From Desulfobulbus propionicus DSM 2032 (GTDB lineage Bacteria > Desulfobacterota > Desulfobulbia > Desulfobulbales > Desulfobulbaceae), in assembly GCF_000186885.1 (NCBI RefSeq), contig NC_014972.1, forward strand, positions 2,910,001 through 2,942,000: DNA of 32,000 nt, written 5' to 3'. Both the position numbers and the translations under genes were made by a program. Shown here in pieces: positions 1 through 9,060 of the stretch (within the stretch, counting starts at the first letter, position 1; each line of letters starts with the position of its first letter). The notes beneath the pieces are model-generated. The model was given only the letters and a program-made list of their open reading frames with translations. It was not told where the DNA came from and did no database searches.

Positions 1-884
1 CCGAATCCCTCGGCCACGCTGGTGGTCACCGCCACATCGGCCAGCCGGAGCAGCTCGACAAAACTGTATCGGTCCGGCCGTACCATCTCGAAATGCACCG
101 GCAGTGCCAACTCCGTGGCCACCCGCTTCCACCGCTGATAGCGCGGTTGTTCCAGCGGATTTTCCGGTCCGGAGGTCACCGCAAACAAGGCGTCTTCGGG
201 GGCCAGGATCGACCAGAGGAGAAATTCCCCCAGATTCTTGCGTCGGATGGCGCGGGTGGGATAGAGCCACAGGGAAGGCAACTCGGCGCGAGTGGGCTTG
301 TCCTCGTCAATCTGACCGAGCTCCACCGGGTTGGGCAGGGAGTGGAGATGTTCGGCATCAAGGCCGGCATCACGCAGGTAGCGGTAATCGCGGCTGTTGA
401 GCACCGCATAATGCAGATGCCCCGCCTGGGGGTAGAGCAAACGGGACAGGGATGTTCCCCGGCTTGCCGCCATCCTGGCGCGCATGGCTTGATAGTTGGC
501 CGGGCGGCCGTCCTCGGCGAAATCATGGATCTGCAGGAGCAGGTGCTCACCCTCTTCGGCCAGTTGGCGCAAAGCCACGGGCAAGACCAGGCTCTTGCCC
601 AGACTGTGATTATGCACATGCCACAGATCGGGCGGGCCGCCCAGGGCCGCGCTTGCCTCCGCCCGCATCTGGGCGGCCAGCTCCACGGCGGTGATCGCCG
701 GCCGATCCGCCTCGTACTGCAATCCGGGAACAACCCGCCAGGGACCATGGACCTGCACGGCCGGCGGCTTGCCGGTGAGCGCCACGGTTTTCAGGCCACG
801 GTCGCCCAGGGCCTTTTGCAGGTGGCAGATGATCCGGGTCACGCCGCCGTTCTGCAGATGATAATGAACAATGGCCACCCGCAT
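1..884 (-). CDS. Glycosyltransferase family 4 (GT-B fold), 3' end outside window; possibly a second sugar-transfer step after GpgS
   Basis: Absent from the ORF track because it runs off the left edge. Hand translation of the minus strand from ATG 884 gives MRVAIVHYHLQNGGVTRIICHLQKALGDRGLKTVALTGKPP... It stays open to base 1 and ends ...LRLADVAVTTSVAEGFG, the EGFG start of the GT4 EX7E motif. The ATG lies 3 nt after the gpgS stop (TGATCCATG). Confidence 0.6.
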   Translation of the reverse strand, partial: MRVAIVHYHLQNGGVTRIICHLQKALGDRGLKTVALTGKPPAVQVHGPWRVVPGLQYEADRPAITAVELAAQMRAEASAALGGPPDLWHVHNHSLGKSLVLPVALRQLAEEGEHLLLQIHDFAEDGRPANYQAMRARMAASRGTSLSRLLYPQAGHLHYAVLNSRDYRYLRDAGLDAEHLHSLPNPVELGQIDEDKPTRAELPSLWLYPTRAIRRKNLGEFLLWSILAPEDALFAVTSGPENPLEQPRYQRWKRVATELALPVHFEMVRPDRYSFVELLRLADVAVTTSVAEGF

Positions 885-887
885 GGA

Positions 888-1910
888 TCAGCCCTCCGAG
901 ACAACGGTCGCCGGTTCAGCGGCTGCGACGGACTCGGCACCGGCCAGCTCCCTCTTGCGGCGGTAGGCAGCCACCCGGACCAGCGGCGGCCGTTCATGTT
1001 CCGCCAGCCGATGCACCTCCCGTTGCCAGTGCCCCTGCCGACGGACAAACTGGTGCAAACCGTTGGCACATTCCAACGACGCCGCCAGGACGCCCCGCTG
1101 CCACAGCCGCCGATGCACGACCTGGAGCAGGGCATGGGCCATGCGCCCCAATTCCCGGTTGCTGCGGCGGCGGTGGTCGCGACGTTCCAGATCGACCTGG
1201 GCCAGGGAGGCCAGGCCATGTGCGGTCCAGACATCGATCAGATGGGCCAGTTCAACGCCATACCCCACCGGAAAGGGTAACTGTTCGAGCACCGATCGGC
1301 GGGCGGCGTACTCGCCGGCAAGCGGCTGGATGCAGTCGGCCAGTGCAGGGAAATAGAGGGAAAGCAGCGGTCGGATCAGGATCTCCGTCACCCTGCCGCC
1401 CTCACCCCAAGGGTCATCGGCGCCGCCGGCAGGACGATCGTAGAAGGCCTTGACATAGCCGAGATCGGGCCGGTGCAGCAGTGGCCCAACCAGCCCGGTG
1501 ACGAATCGCGGCCGAAGGTTGGTGATATCGGCATCGATGAACAGCAGAATATCGCCCTTGAGCTGATGGACCGCCTTCCACAGGTTTTCACCTTTGCCCC
1601 GGTACCGGCCCAGGTGCGGCAGGATATCGGCGGCACGGTACACATCCGCTCCCGCGGCGGCGGCCAGCTCCAGGGTTCGGTCCGTTGAACCGGAATCGAT
1701 CACCGCCAATTCATCGAGCAGGTGAACCGTATCCCGCAACGGCCGCAGCCGATCGACCACCATGCCGATGGTTGCCGCCTCGTTCAAGGTGGGAAAGCAC
1801 AACGACAGCCGCACCCCCTGCCGCGCCTTCAGCCGAACCAGGGCGGCAACATCGGCGAACTGCTCGTGATGAAAGGTGTGGGTTGCCAGCCATTGATCGG
1901 TTCTGTCCAT
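888..1910 (-). CDS. gpgS: Glucosyl-3-phosphoglycerate synthase (GT81)
   Basis: Collinear similarity, recalled from memory, to mycobacterial GpgS: PTLNEAATIG, VIDSGSTDRT, GKGENLW, FIDADI (DXD), GGRVTEILIRPLL, QPLAGEYAARR, PVGYGVE. The track starts at GTG 1922. I prefer ATG 1910, which is preceded by GAGGGG 6 nt upstream. Confidence 0.8.
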   Translation of the reverse strand: MDRTDQWLATHTFHHEQFADVAALVRLKARQGVRLSLCFPTLNEAATIGMVVDRLRPLRDTVHLLDELAVIDSGSTDRTLELAAAAGADVYRAADILPHLGRYRGKGENLWKAVHQLKGDILLFIDADITNLRPRFVTGLVGPLLHRPDLGYVKAFYDRPAGGADDPWGEGGRVTEILIRPLLSLYFPALADCIQPLAGEYAARRSVLEQLPFPVGYGVELAHLIDVWTAHGLASLAQVDLERRDHRRRSNRELGRMAHALLQVVHRRLWQRGVLAASLECANGLHQFVRRQGHWQREVHRLAEHERPPLVRVAAYRRKRELAGAESVAAAEPATVVSEG

Positions 1911-2060
1911 TCGGCCCCTCACGGTGTCGATTCAAGCCCACAGGGTGGCAGCGGCTGAACGCCGTCCCCGCTGACTGGCACGCCGTGCGCCGTCAAGTCG
2001 CTCCCCAAGAAAAAAGTGCCTGGCGCGAATCGATATCTTATTAAAAATTAAATTATTTCG

Positions 2061-2089
2061 ATTATATGCACGAGAGCACTGCAAATCAA
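2061..2089 (-). promoter_or_regulatory. Putative sigma70-type promoter for gpgS operon
   Basis: The minus strand reads cTTGATT-tgcagtgctctcgtgca(17 nt)-TATAAT. It sits inside the only strongly AT-rich island (about 2030-2075) of the divergent intergenic region. Confidence 0.4.
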
Positions 2090-2237
2090 GCCCGGCGTGT
2101 CCTCTCGCGGCTAAATCTCTGTTTCGCGGCCGCCGCAGCGGGACGCCGCTTCCTCCCGCCAGGGGCCGCACACGGTACCGCAGTCGGCATCAAGCGGCAA
2201 CAGCTCAATATTTCACTCTTTTTTCGCAAATAAAGGC

Positions 2238-2266
2238 TTGCTGAACAGAAGGCGACCTTATATGCT
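2238..2266 (+). promoter_or_regulatory. Putative sigma70-type promoter for the response-regulator operon
   Basis: TTGCTG-N17-TATGCT, about 38 nt upstream of ATG 2304. Confidence 0.3.
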
Positions 2267-2303
2267 GGGCGAATAAAAATACATTTTGTCCTCCAGGTCT
2301 CTC

Positions 2304-3017
2304 ATGTCGGAATCACTCGCCTGCACCGTGTTACTTTTTGAAGACGACCCCGCCATCCGCGCCATGCTCGCCGCCTTTTTCTCCACCCAGGGGGCCAAGG
2401 TGGTGACCGCGGAGGACGGCCGCGAGGCCATGGCCCGAATCGAGGCGGCCCGGCCCGACGTGCTGTTGCTCGACGTGGTCATGCCCTACCGCGATGGCTT
2501 GTCCATTCTCGCGGAGCTGCGCTCGGTGGATGTCGAGCTGCCGGTCATCCTTCTCACCGAACGAAACGGCGAGGACGACAAGGTCACCGGCCTGGATCAC
2601 GGAGCTGACGATTATCTCACCAAACCCTTCAGCCCCCGTGAACTGCTCGCCAGGGTGCGGGCGCTGTTGAGGCGGAGCAAACGGTCCGGGGCCAGCGGCG
2701 GGCAGCACTTGATCGTCGGCCAGGTCCGCATCGATCCCGCCGCCCGGGAAGTCCGCCTGCCGGACGCCTCCCTCCTGCCCCTGACCAAGACCGAGTTCGA
2801 TCTCCTCTACCACCTGGCATCCAGGCCGGGTGCGGTGGTCACCCACGGCGAGCTGCTCCAGGAGGTGCTGGGCTACGATCCCCACGTCGAAACCAAATCC
2901 CTGGTGATGCACATCGCCAACATCCGGCGCAAAATCGATCGAACCTGCCCCCAGGCCCTGAGCATCAAGTCCGTGGCCGGTGTCGGTTACAAACTCATTC
3001 CCGGAGAGGCCCGATAA
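2304..3017 (+). CDS. OmpR/PhoB-family response regulator (receiver + winged-helix DNA-binding domain)
   Basis: Receiver motifs VLLFEDD, LLLDVVMP, DDYLTKPF. The C-terminal winged helix carries LTKTEFDLLYHL and VGYKL. The track starts at TTG 2286. ATG 2304 gives the usual short N-terminus (MSESLACTVLLFEDD). Confidence 0.9.
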   Translation: MSESLACTVLLFEDDPAIRAMLAAFFSTQGAKVVTAEDGREAMARIEAARPDVLLLDVVMPYRDGLSILAELRSVDVELPVILLTERNGEDDKVTGLDHGADDYLTKPFSPRELLARVRALLRRSKRSGASGGQHLIVGQVRIDPAAREVRLPDASLLPLTKTEFDLLYHLASRPGAVVTHGELLQEVLGYDPHVETKSLVMHIANIRRKIDRTCPQALSIKSVAGVGYKLIPGEAR

Positions 3018-3050
3018 TCCGTCTGCTCCGCGCACCCCTGCGAGGTTCCC

Positions 3051-4721
3051 ATGTCCGTCTTCCATCCGACCCGTCTCTCCCTGCCGCTTGTCCTGCTGGC
3101 CGTCCTGCTCTGCCTGACTCTCCCCTGCTCGGCCGCGGAAACGACCAAAGAGGAGGCCATGGTGCCGCTGCATGTGGCCGCCGGCACCAACCTGATCCAC
3201 ATCGCCCGCGACTACTGCCGCGACCGCAGCGACTGGAAAACCATCGCCCGCATCAACCAACTGTCCGATCCCTACCTGATCATCCGCGACACGCGTATCC
3301 AGGTGCCGCTGTCACTGCTCGTTATCGAGCGGTTGAGCGCCACGGTGGCGTCAATCCATGGCCAGGTCCATCTGTCCGCCGACGGTCGCGATCCCGTTGC
3401 CCTGCGCCAGGGCGACACCCTGCTCCCCGGCCAGACGGTGCGCACCGGCGCGGACGGCTATACCCACCTGCTCCTGCCGAACAACACCTACACCCGCATC
3501 GAGCCGGATTCCCAGCTGACCCTCAACTATCTGTTGCGCCTCAAGGACGGCAACGTCAAGGCCGACTTCTTCCTCGGCCGGGGCAACGTCATCCACTGGG
3601 TCCAGGACAAGCTGCGCGCCAACGAGAGTTTCCAAACCCGGACCCCGATCGCGGTCACCGGCATTCGCGGCACCGAATTTCGCCTGAAGATGGCCGAAAT
3701 CACGGCCAATACCGTCGAAACCCTGCGCGGCCGGGTCGAGGTCAGCAGCTCGGGCCGCGCAACCACTCTCGGTCCCGGCCAAGGCCTGCGGGTGGAGGAA
3801 GGCCAGCCGCCGCAACCGCCCCGGCCCCTGCCCGATCCACCGGACAAACCGGCCCTGGAGCCGCTCTACCGCAGCCTGCCGGTGATCATCGCCGCCCCGC
3901 CCCATGCGAAGGCCAAGGCCATCCGCCTGCGGATCACCGCCGATCGGCAGACCCAGGCCACCCTCTTTGACCAGAGTGTCGCGCCGGGCGGCCGCTTCAC
4001 CATCGGCACCCTGAGCGACGGCGCCTTGTTCGCCTCTCTGACCGCCATCGACCAGGACAATTTCGAAAGCACGGTGGTGGGCCCGCTGCCGTTCAACCTG
4101 CGCACCGTGCCGGCCAATCCGATGATCGTTTCCCCCAAGTCCGGCTCCACCCTCTGGGGCACCCACGGCACGATCGAATGGCTCGATTCGGACCAGGTCG
4201 ATCACTACGATCTCCAGCTGGCGAGGAACCCGGAGTTCACCGACCTCATCGACCGCCAGCAGATCAAGGAGGCCCGTTACACCAGCCCCGAGCTGCAACC
4301 GGGCACCTACTATTTCCGGGTCAAGGCCGTGGCCCCGGACGGCTTCACCACCCTGTACTCCATCCCGGTGGCCTGGACCTTGAAACCGGCACCCAAGATG
4401 GACGGCATGGAAGCCACCGCCAACCAAAGACCAACCCTACAATGGCCGGCGATGGCCGACGGCTGGGCGTACGACCTGCAGGTGGCCAGCGACAAGGACT
4501 TCGGCCAGCTGGTGGTCGATCAGCAGGGATTGCCGACCACCTCCTACACCCTGGAGGACATGCTTGCCGCAGGCACCTACCATGTGCGCATCCGTGGGGT
4601 GGAAAACGGTCAGCCGGTCAGTCCGTGGACGCCTCCGCAAACCATGACAGTCAAGCCCAAGCCCTTGGGCTGGGAAGAGCTGTTTTTCGGGGCGGTCACG
4701 CTTGGCCTCATCCTCCTGTGA
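3051..4721 (+). CDS. Secreted LysM + FecR domain protein with two FN3-like repeats and a C-terminal hydrophobic tail
   Basis: Signal peptide LVLLAVLLCLTLPCSAAE. LysM-like segment (about nt 3159-3311: LIHIARDYCRDRSDWKTIARINQLSDPYLIIRDTRIQVP). FecR-like segment (GQVHLSADG...LRQGDTLLPGQTVRTGADGYTHLLLPNNTYTRIEPDSQLTL). Pro-rich linker. Two repeats of about 85 aa (nt 4122-4390 and 4407-4665). Terminal LFFGAVTLGLILL. GAGG SD lies 6 nt before the ATG. Confidence 0.75.
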   Translation: MSVFHPTRLSLPLVLLAVLLCLTLPCSAAETTKEEAMVPLHVAAGTNLIHIARDYCRDRSDWKTIARINQLSDPYLIIRDTRIQVPLSLLVIERLSATVASIHGQVHLSADGRDPVALRQGDTLLPGQTVRTGADGYTHLLLPNNTYTRIEPDSQLTLNYLLRLKDGNVKADFFLGRGNVIHWVQDKLRANESFQTRTPIAVTGIRGTEFRLKMAEITANTVETLRGRVEVSSSGRATTLGPGQGLRVEEGQPPQPPRPLPDPPDKPALEPLYRSLPVIIAAPPHAKAKAIRLRITADRQTQATLFDQSVAPGGRFTIGTLSDGALFASLTAIDQDNFESTVVGPLPFNLRTVPANPMIVSPKSGSTLWGTHGTIEWLDSDQVDHYDLQLARNPEFTDLIDRQQIKEARYTSPELQPGTYYFRVKAVAPDGFTTLYSIPVAWTLKPAPKMDGMEATANQRPTLQWPAMADGWAYDLQVASDKDFGQLVVDQQGLPTTSYTLEDMLAAGTYHVRIRGVENGQPVSPWTPPQTMTVKPKPLGWEELFFGAVTLGLILL

Positions 4722-4739
4722 CAGGAGAGGGACGGCCCG

Positions 4740-6992
4740 GTGAGCAAGCGATTGGCCGCGCCGGTGCTGGCGCTGCTGCTCCTGGGCCTGTTCCAGCTGG
4801 GCGGCCTGCGCCCAGGCCTGAGCAACGACGGACTCGACCTGCTGTTCAGGCTGCGCGGTCCGCAGCCACCGGACCAACGCATCGTCCTCATCGGTATCGA
4901 TGAACCCAGCCTGCGCCGGCTGGGGGCTTGGCCCTTTGCCCGCCGTCTCCATGCCCAACTGCTCGACCGTCTCCGCCAAGCCAAGGCCGTGGGCTTTGAT
5001 CTGCTCTTTCCCGAACCGTCAGCAGACGACAGCCTCTTCAACCAGGCCCTCGCCCAGGGATCGCCGGTGGTCCTGGCCGTGGCCCATGAACGCGATGGCC
5101 GCCTGGCGCGGCCTGCTCCCACCCTCGACGGCTCCAGGGGCCTCGGCCATATCGAAACCCAGCTGGCCGGTGACGGCATCGTCCGCCGGGTCAATCTGGA
5201 CAGCCTGGGAGATGTTGCCCCCTTTTCCCTTGCCCTGCTGCAAGCCGCGGCGATCACCTCGCCGCTGCCCGTACCTGTGGGCCCACAGATCATCAACTTC
5301 CACGGTCCGGAAGAGAGTTTTCTCTTCCTGTCCTACCACGAGGTTCTCAGCGGTCGCTATCCGCCGGCATTCTTCCGCGACCGCCTGGTGCTGGTCGGCG
5401 CTCGGGCCGTCGGCCTGGGCGACAGCCACATCACCGCTTTTACCAGGGAGCTGCCCACGCCGGGGGTCGAGATCCAGGCCACCATTGTCAGCAACTTGTT
5501 GCAACAGGCCTTCATTCGTCCCCTGCCGCTGGTCGCGTGGCTGCTGATCGGCCTGATCGGCCTGCTGGCGGTGCTGGTCTGGCCCGACTGCGGCGAACGG
5601 GTCAACCTCGTGGTCAACCTCGCACTGGCGGCAGCCATTTTCCTCCTGGCCCTGTTCCTCTTCCGTCAGGCCTGCTTTGTCGACTATCCGCTGGTCCTGC
5701 TCTTTCTCTTCCTGGCCTACCCCATTCACCTGCTCCTCCAGTTGCTCCGAGCCGCGAGCCGTATCCTCCTCCAGGCACGGCGGCTTGACCGTGAGCTCGA
5801 TGCCGGCCTGCGCCTGGTGGCCGGCACCATTCCCGCCCCCTATCTGCGCACCGCCCACCGGGCCAACCCGCTCACCGCTTCCGCCATCCAACGTCATCTC
5901 GACCGGCTGCAGACGGCGGTGCATGCCCTCGGTCTGCAACACCACTTTCTCGAACAGTTGCTCAAGGAGGAATTGCCGCCGCTGATTCTGTGGGAACAGG
6001 CAAGCGGCCACGCCCTGTTCGCCAACAGCGCCTTTGTCCGCCTCTGGCAGGACTGCACTGGAGCGGGCCAGCCCCTGCCGTCGCACCCTCGTTTTCTCGA
6101 AACGATCGCCGGTTCCCAGGCCACGGAAAACGATCTGCCTCCATTTCGCGACCCAGGCACCTTCGAGGTGCTCGGCCCCGGCGGCCGACGGTTCTACCAG
6201 GTCGAGCTGCATCCCCTGCTGGCACCCAAGACCGGTTTTCACGGCCTGCTGGCGGTGCTGCAGGACATCACGGGGATCAAGGAACTGGAGCGAGTCAAGG
6301 ACGAGGTGGTGGCCATTGTCTCCCACGAGCTGAGACTTCCGCTGACCACCATCCTGGGCTATGGCGAGCTGCTCAGCGACGCGCTCAGCGGCGATCATCA
6401 GTTGTACGCCCGCGAGATCTGCGGCCAGTCGCGGCGGCTGCAACGGATGATCGAGGATTTTCTCGATATCGCCCGCCTGGAAAGCGGCCGCACCCAGGTC
6501 CGCCGCTTTCCCTTTCCGCCCGGGCGGATGCTGGAGGACGCCATCGCCGCCGTGGGGGATCGGGCGCGGCGCAAAGCCATCGCCATTGTGCTCAACCAGC
6601 CCCGCCGGACCACGCCCCTGGTCGGTGACGAATCCCTGCTTCTTCAGGCCCTCATCAACCTGCTGGACAACGCGATCAAATTCAGTCCCGCGCAGACCAC
6701 CGTCACCGTCGACCTGGAAGAGCAGCCCGCCTGCTTCCTCTTCCGGATCGCCGATCAGGGGCCGGGCATTGCCGTTGAAGATCGGGCGCGGATCTTCGAC
6801 AAGTTCCAGCGTGGCCGCCAGGCCGCCACCGCCGAAGGCTTTGGCCTCGGGCTCCATCTGGTCCGCCAAATCGTCGAACGTCATCAGGGACGGATCGAGG
6901 TGCTGGAGGCCGTCGCAGGCGCGATCTTCCAGATTGTGCTGCCCAAGCGGGAGACCGCCGCTCATCCGGAGGAAGCCGAATCATGCGCGTGA
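4740..6992 (+). CDS. CHASE2-domain sensor histidine kinase
   Basis: N-terminal CHASE2 signature (RIVLIGIDEPSLRRLGAWPFARRLHAQLLDRL..AVGFDLLFPEPS). A cluster of TM helices. H-box VAIVSHELRLPLTTILGY. HATPase_c N/G boxes (NLLDNAIKFSP, DQGPGI, GFGLGLHLV). GTG start preceded by GGAGAGGGA. Confidence 0.85.
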   Translation: MSKRLAAPVLALLLLGLFQLGGLRPGLSNDGLDLLFRLRGPQPPDQRIVLIGIDEPSLRRLGAWPFARRLHAQLLDRLRQAKAVGFDLLFPEPSADDSLFNQALAQGSPVVLAVAHERDGRLARPAPTLDGSRGLGHIETQLAGDGIVRRVNLDSLGDVAPFSLALLQAAAITSPLPVPVGPQIINFHGPEESFLFLSYHEVLSGRYPPAFFRDRLVLVGARAVGLGDSHITAFTRELPTPGVEIQATIVSNLLQQAFIRPLPLVAWLLIGLIGLLAVLVWPDCGERVNLVVNLALAAAIFLLALFLFRQACFVDYPLVLLFLFLAYPIHLLLQLLRAASRILLQARRLDRELDAGLRLVAGTIPAPYLRTAHRANPLTASAIQRHLDRLQTAVHALGLQHHFLEQLLKEELPPLILWEQASGHALFANSAFVRLWQDCTGAGQPLPSHPRFLETIAGSQATENDLPPFRDPGTFEVLGPGGRRFYQVELHPLLAPKTGFHGLLAVLQDITGIKELERVKDEVVAIVSHELRLPLTTILGYGELLSDALSGDHQLYAREICGQSRRLQRMIEDFLDIARLESGRTQVRRFPFPPGRMLEDAIAAVGDRARRKAIAIVLNQPRRTTPLVGDESLLLQALINLLDNAIKFSPAQTTVTVDLEEQPACFLFRIADQGPGIAVEDRARIFDKFQRGRQAATAEGFGLGLHLVRQIVERHQGRIEVLEAVAGAIFQIVLPKRETAAHPEEAESCA

Positions 6993-9031
6993 TCCGTGTT
7001 CTCGTCATCCCCCTGCTGGTCGTCCTGCTGACCCTGCTCGCCTTTCGCCTCGCCTGGATGGAACGGCTTGTCCCGACGGCGTTGAGCTGGGTGGGCATTC
7101 AGCAGGCGCGCCTGGACCTGCACAGCTGGAACTGGCAGGAAATACGCATCGACAGCCTGCATCTGGCCCTCGACCACGCACCCGGCCCGGTGTCGATCAC
7201 CGTTACCGACGCGGTGCTGCGCTATCGGCTTGCCGACCTGCTGCGCGGGCAGCTCGCCGAGGTCACCGCCACCACGGTCGCCATTTCCCTGCCGACGGCC
7301 GGTGTCGAGCGGAACCAATCGTTTGCCGGCGGAACGCCTGATCCGAAATCCCTCGTCGATGCGCTCCACCTGCGTCATCTGCCGGCACGGCAACTGCATC
7401 TTCCACGGCTGTCGGTCGATTTTGGCCCCTTGGCCTCCACCAACCCGTTGGTTCTGTCCGTGACGCTGCGCAGCAGCGACAACGAAAGCCGCCTGAACAT
7501 CGTCACTGTGGGCAAGGAAAAAACGCCTCCCCTTGCCGTGGACCTGCACCGCACCGAGGCAGGACTCAACGGCTCGCTTTTCCTCGATTGGCAGCGACTC
7601 CGGGAGTTCCTGCCTCCATCAATGACCGCCGCCCTGCCCGATCAAGGCAGGATCGAGGCCACCCTGCGGTCCACCGCCGACAGCCCCCTGCGTCTGGCAT
7701 GTTCGCTCTCCGGGCTCTGCCATCAATGGTTCAGCGCCGAGAACCTTTCCTTCCACATGATCAGCGCTCAGCCGCTGTCCGCCCGTTCCCTGACCGTTGC
7801 CCCCGCCTCCCGGCTGACGGCACGCGCTGTCCAGGGGCAGGGCTTTGCCGTGGCCGCCCTTGAGGCGGGCCTCGGCGGTTCGCTCGCCATGGACGGCGAC
7901 GGTCTGCGCCTGCACCTTGCCCCTCCTGCCCCCTGGAGCGTCAGCGGACTGACGATGGGATCCCTCCGCCTGGCCCCGCTCCACCTCGCCAATCTTGCCC
8001 TGCATCTGGAGCTGGATCGGTCCGGGCTGCGGGCCGTTTGCACCCTGACGCCGCCCGGCGGCCGCGGAACGCTGCGCGCCGAATGCACACAAGCAGGCGA
8101 AGACACGCGCAAGGGACAGTGCACGGTGCGGAGTGAAGGCCTGCAAATGGATGCGGACCGCAATCCGCTCGCCCTGCTCGTCGAACCGAAGCTGCCTCTT
8201 GCCCTCCACCAGGGAACGCTGACTTTTTCCCTCCAAGGCCGGTGGCAGCCAGGAGCCCCCCTTGCCCTCGATCTGGAACTTGACGGCAAGGTGGCGCGGG
8301 GAACCGCGTTTGCGGCGCCTTTCTCGGGCCTGGTTGTGCAACAACGGCTGCATCTGCTGCCAGCACTACGTTCGATCACCGCTGGCCTGGTGCAGTTGGA
8401 CAAGCTGGAGGGCCCGATCCCGGTCGACCAGCTCACCATGCACACCCGGTTCACGGCCCCTGCGGGCGGTCAGGCCCCCGTGGTGGCCATCGAACGGGCC
8501 GATGCGGCGCTCTTCAACGGCAAGATTCGTTTGGCAAACTGTGTCTATGACCGCGGCAATCCGGACACGGCATGCCTGGTGCGTTTGGACGATCTTGACC
8601 TCCAGCCGATCGTCGCCCTGCAAAAGGTTGACGGCCTGACCGTCACCGGCCGGGTGAGCGGTCAACTGCCGCTGCGGTTCTCGCCCCAAGGGGTCCGCAT
8701 TCACCAGGGCCGAGTGGAAAACATCGGCAGCGGTCTCATTCGCTATCATCCCGCAGGCAACACCCTCGAAGGCTCCCCGCTCACCGTGTATGCCCGCAAC
8801 GCCTTGGAGGAACTGCACTACCAACGGCTGACCGCCCACATCGATTATCTGCCTGACGGAACCCTCACCGTGGCCCTGCATCTCCAGGGGCAGAACCCGA
8901 AACTGGAGGGAGGAAGGGCGGTGCACCTCAACCTCAACACCGAGCAGAATCTGCTTTCTCTCCTCAAAAGTCTTCAGTATAGTCACTCCTTGTCCTCGGA
9001 GCTCGACCGGACCATCCGGCAGCACCGATAA
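6983..9031 (+). CDS. ydbH: YdbH-like AsmA-family intermembrane phospholipid transport protein
   Basis: N-terminal TM anchor (VLVIPLLVVLLTLLAF). Long beta-rich body. The C-terminal region resembles the DctA-YdbH family (GRVSGQLPL..., YLPDGTLTVALHLQGQNPKLEGGRAVHLNLNTEQNLLSLLKSLQ). It is followed immediately by ynbE and ydbL homologues, as in E. coli. GGAGGAAG SD. Its start overlaps the kinase stop by 10 nt. Confidence 0.7.
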   Translation: MRVIRVLVIPLLVVLLTLLAFRLAWMERLVPTALSWVGIQQARLDLHSWNWQEIRIDSLHLALDHAPGPVSITVTDAVLRYRLADLLRGQLAEVTATTVAISLPTAGVERNQSFAGGTPDPKSLVDALHLRHLPARQLHLPRLSVDFGPLASTNPLVLSVTLRSSDNESRLNIVTVGKEKTPPLAVDLHRTEAGLNGSLFLDWQRLREFLPPSMTAALPDQGRIEATLRSTADSPLRLACSLSGLCHQWFSAENLSFHMISAQPLSARSLTVAPASRLTARAVQGQGFAVAALEAGLGGSLAMDGDGLRLHLAPPAPWSVSGLTMGSLRLAPLHLANLALHLELDRSGLRAVCTLTPPGGRGTLRAECTQAGEDTRKGQCTVRSEGLQMDADRNPLALLVEPKLPLALHQGTLTFSLQGRWQPGAPLALDLELDGKVARGTAFAAPFSGLVVQQRLHLLPALRSITAGLVQLDKLEGPIPVDQLTMHTRFTAPAGGQAPVVAIERADAALFNGKIRLANCVYDRGNPDTACLVRLDDLDLQPIVALQKVDGLTVTGRVSGQLPLRFSPQGVRIHQGRVENIGSGLIRYHPAGNTLEGSPLTVYARNALEELHYQRLTAHIDYLPDGTLTVALHLQGQNPKLEGGRAVHLNLNTEQNLLSLLKSLQYSHSLSSELDRTIRQHR

Positions 9032-9060
9032 CCTCTCCCTTTTCCCCTGCAGGAGGCTGC

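Noticed and set aside
1976-1990. Sigma-54-like TGGCACG-N4-GCGC element on the + strand
   Set aside because: Only the GG and GC dinucleotides fit. The -12 region is GCGC rather than TTGC. It lies more than 300 nt from the nearest + strand start, and no enhancer-binding protein gene is nearby.
5019-6965. 648-aa minus-strand ORF antisense to the CHASE2 kinase. Similar long antisense or off-frame ORFs occur at 93-1280, 2331-3260, 3351-4427, 7619-8454, 8366-9151, 10300-11415, 12261-13637, 15139-15996, 23316-24458 and 27475-29337.
   Set aside because: These are mirror or shifted frames of well-supported genes in GC-rich DNA. They have Gly/Arg/Pro/Ala-rich low-complexity translations, no SDs and no family motifs.
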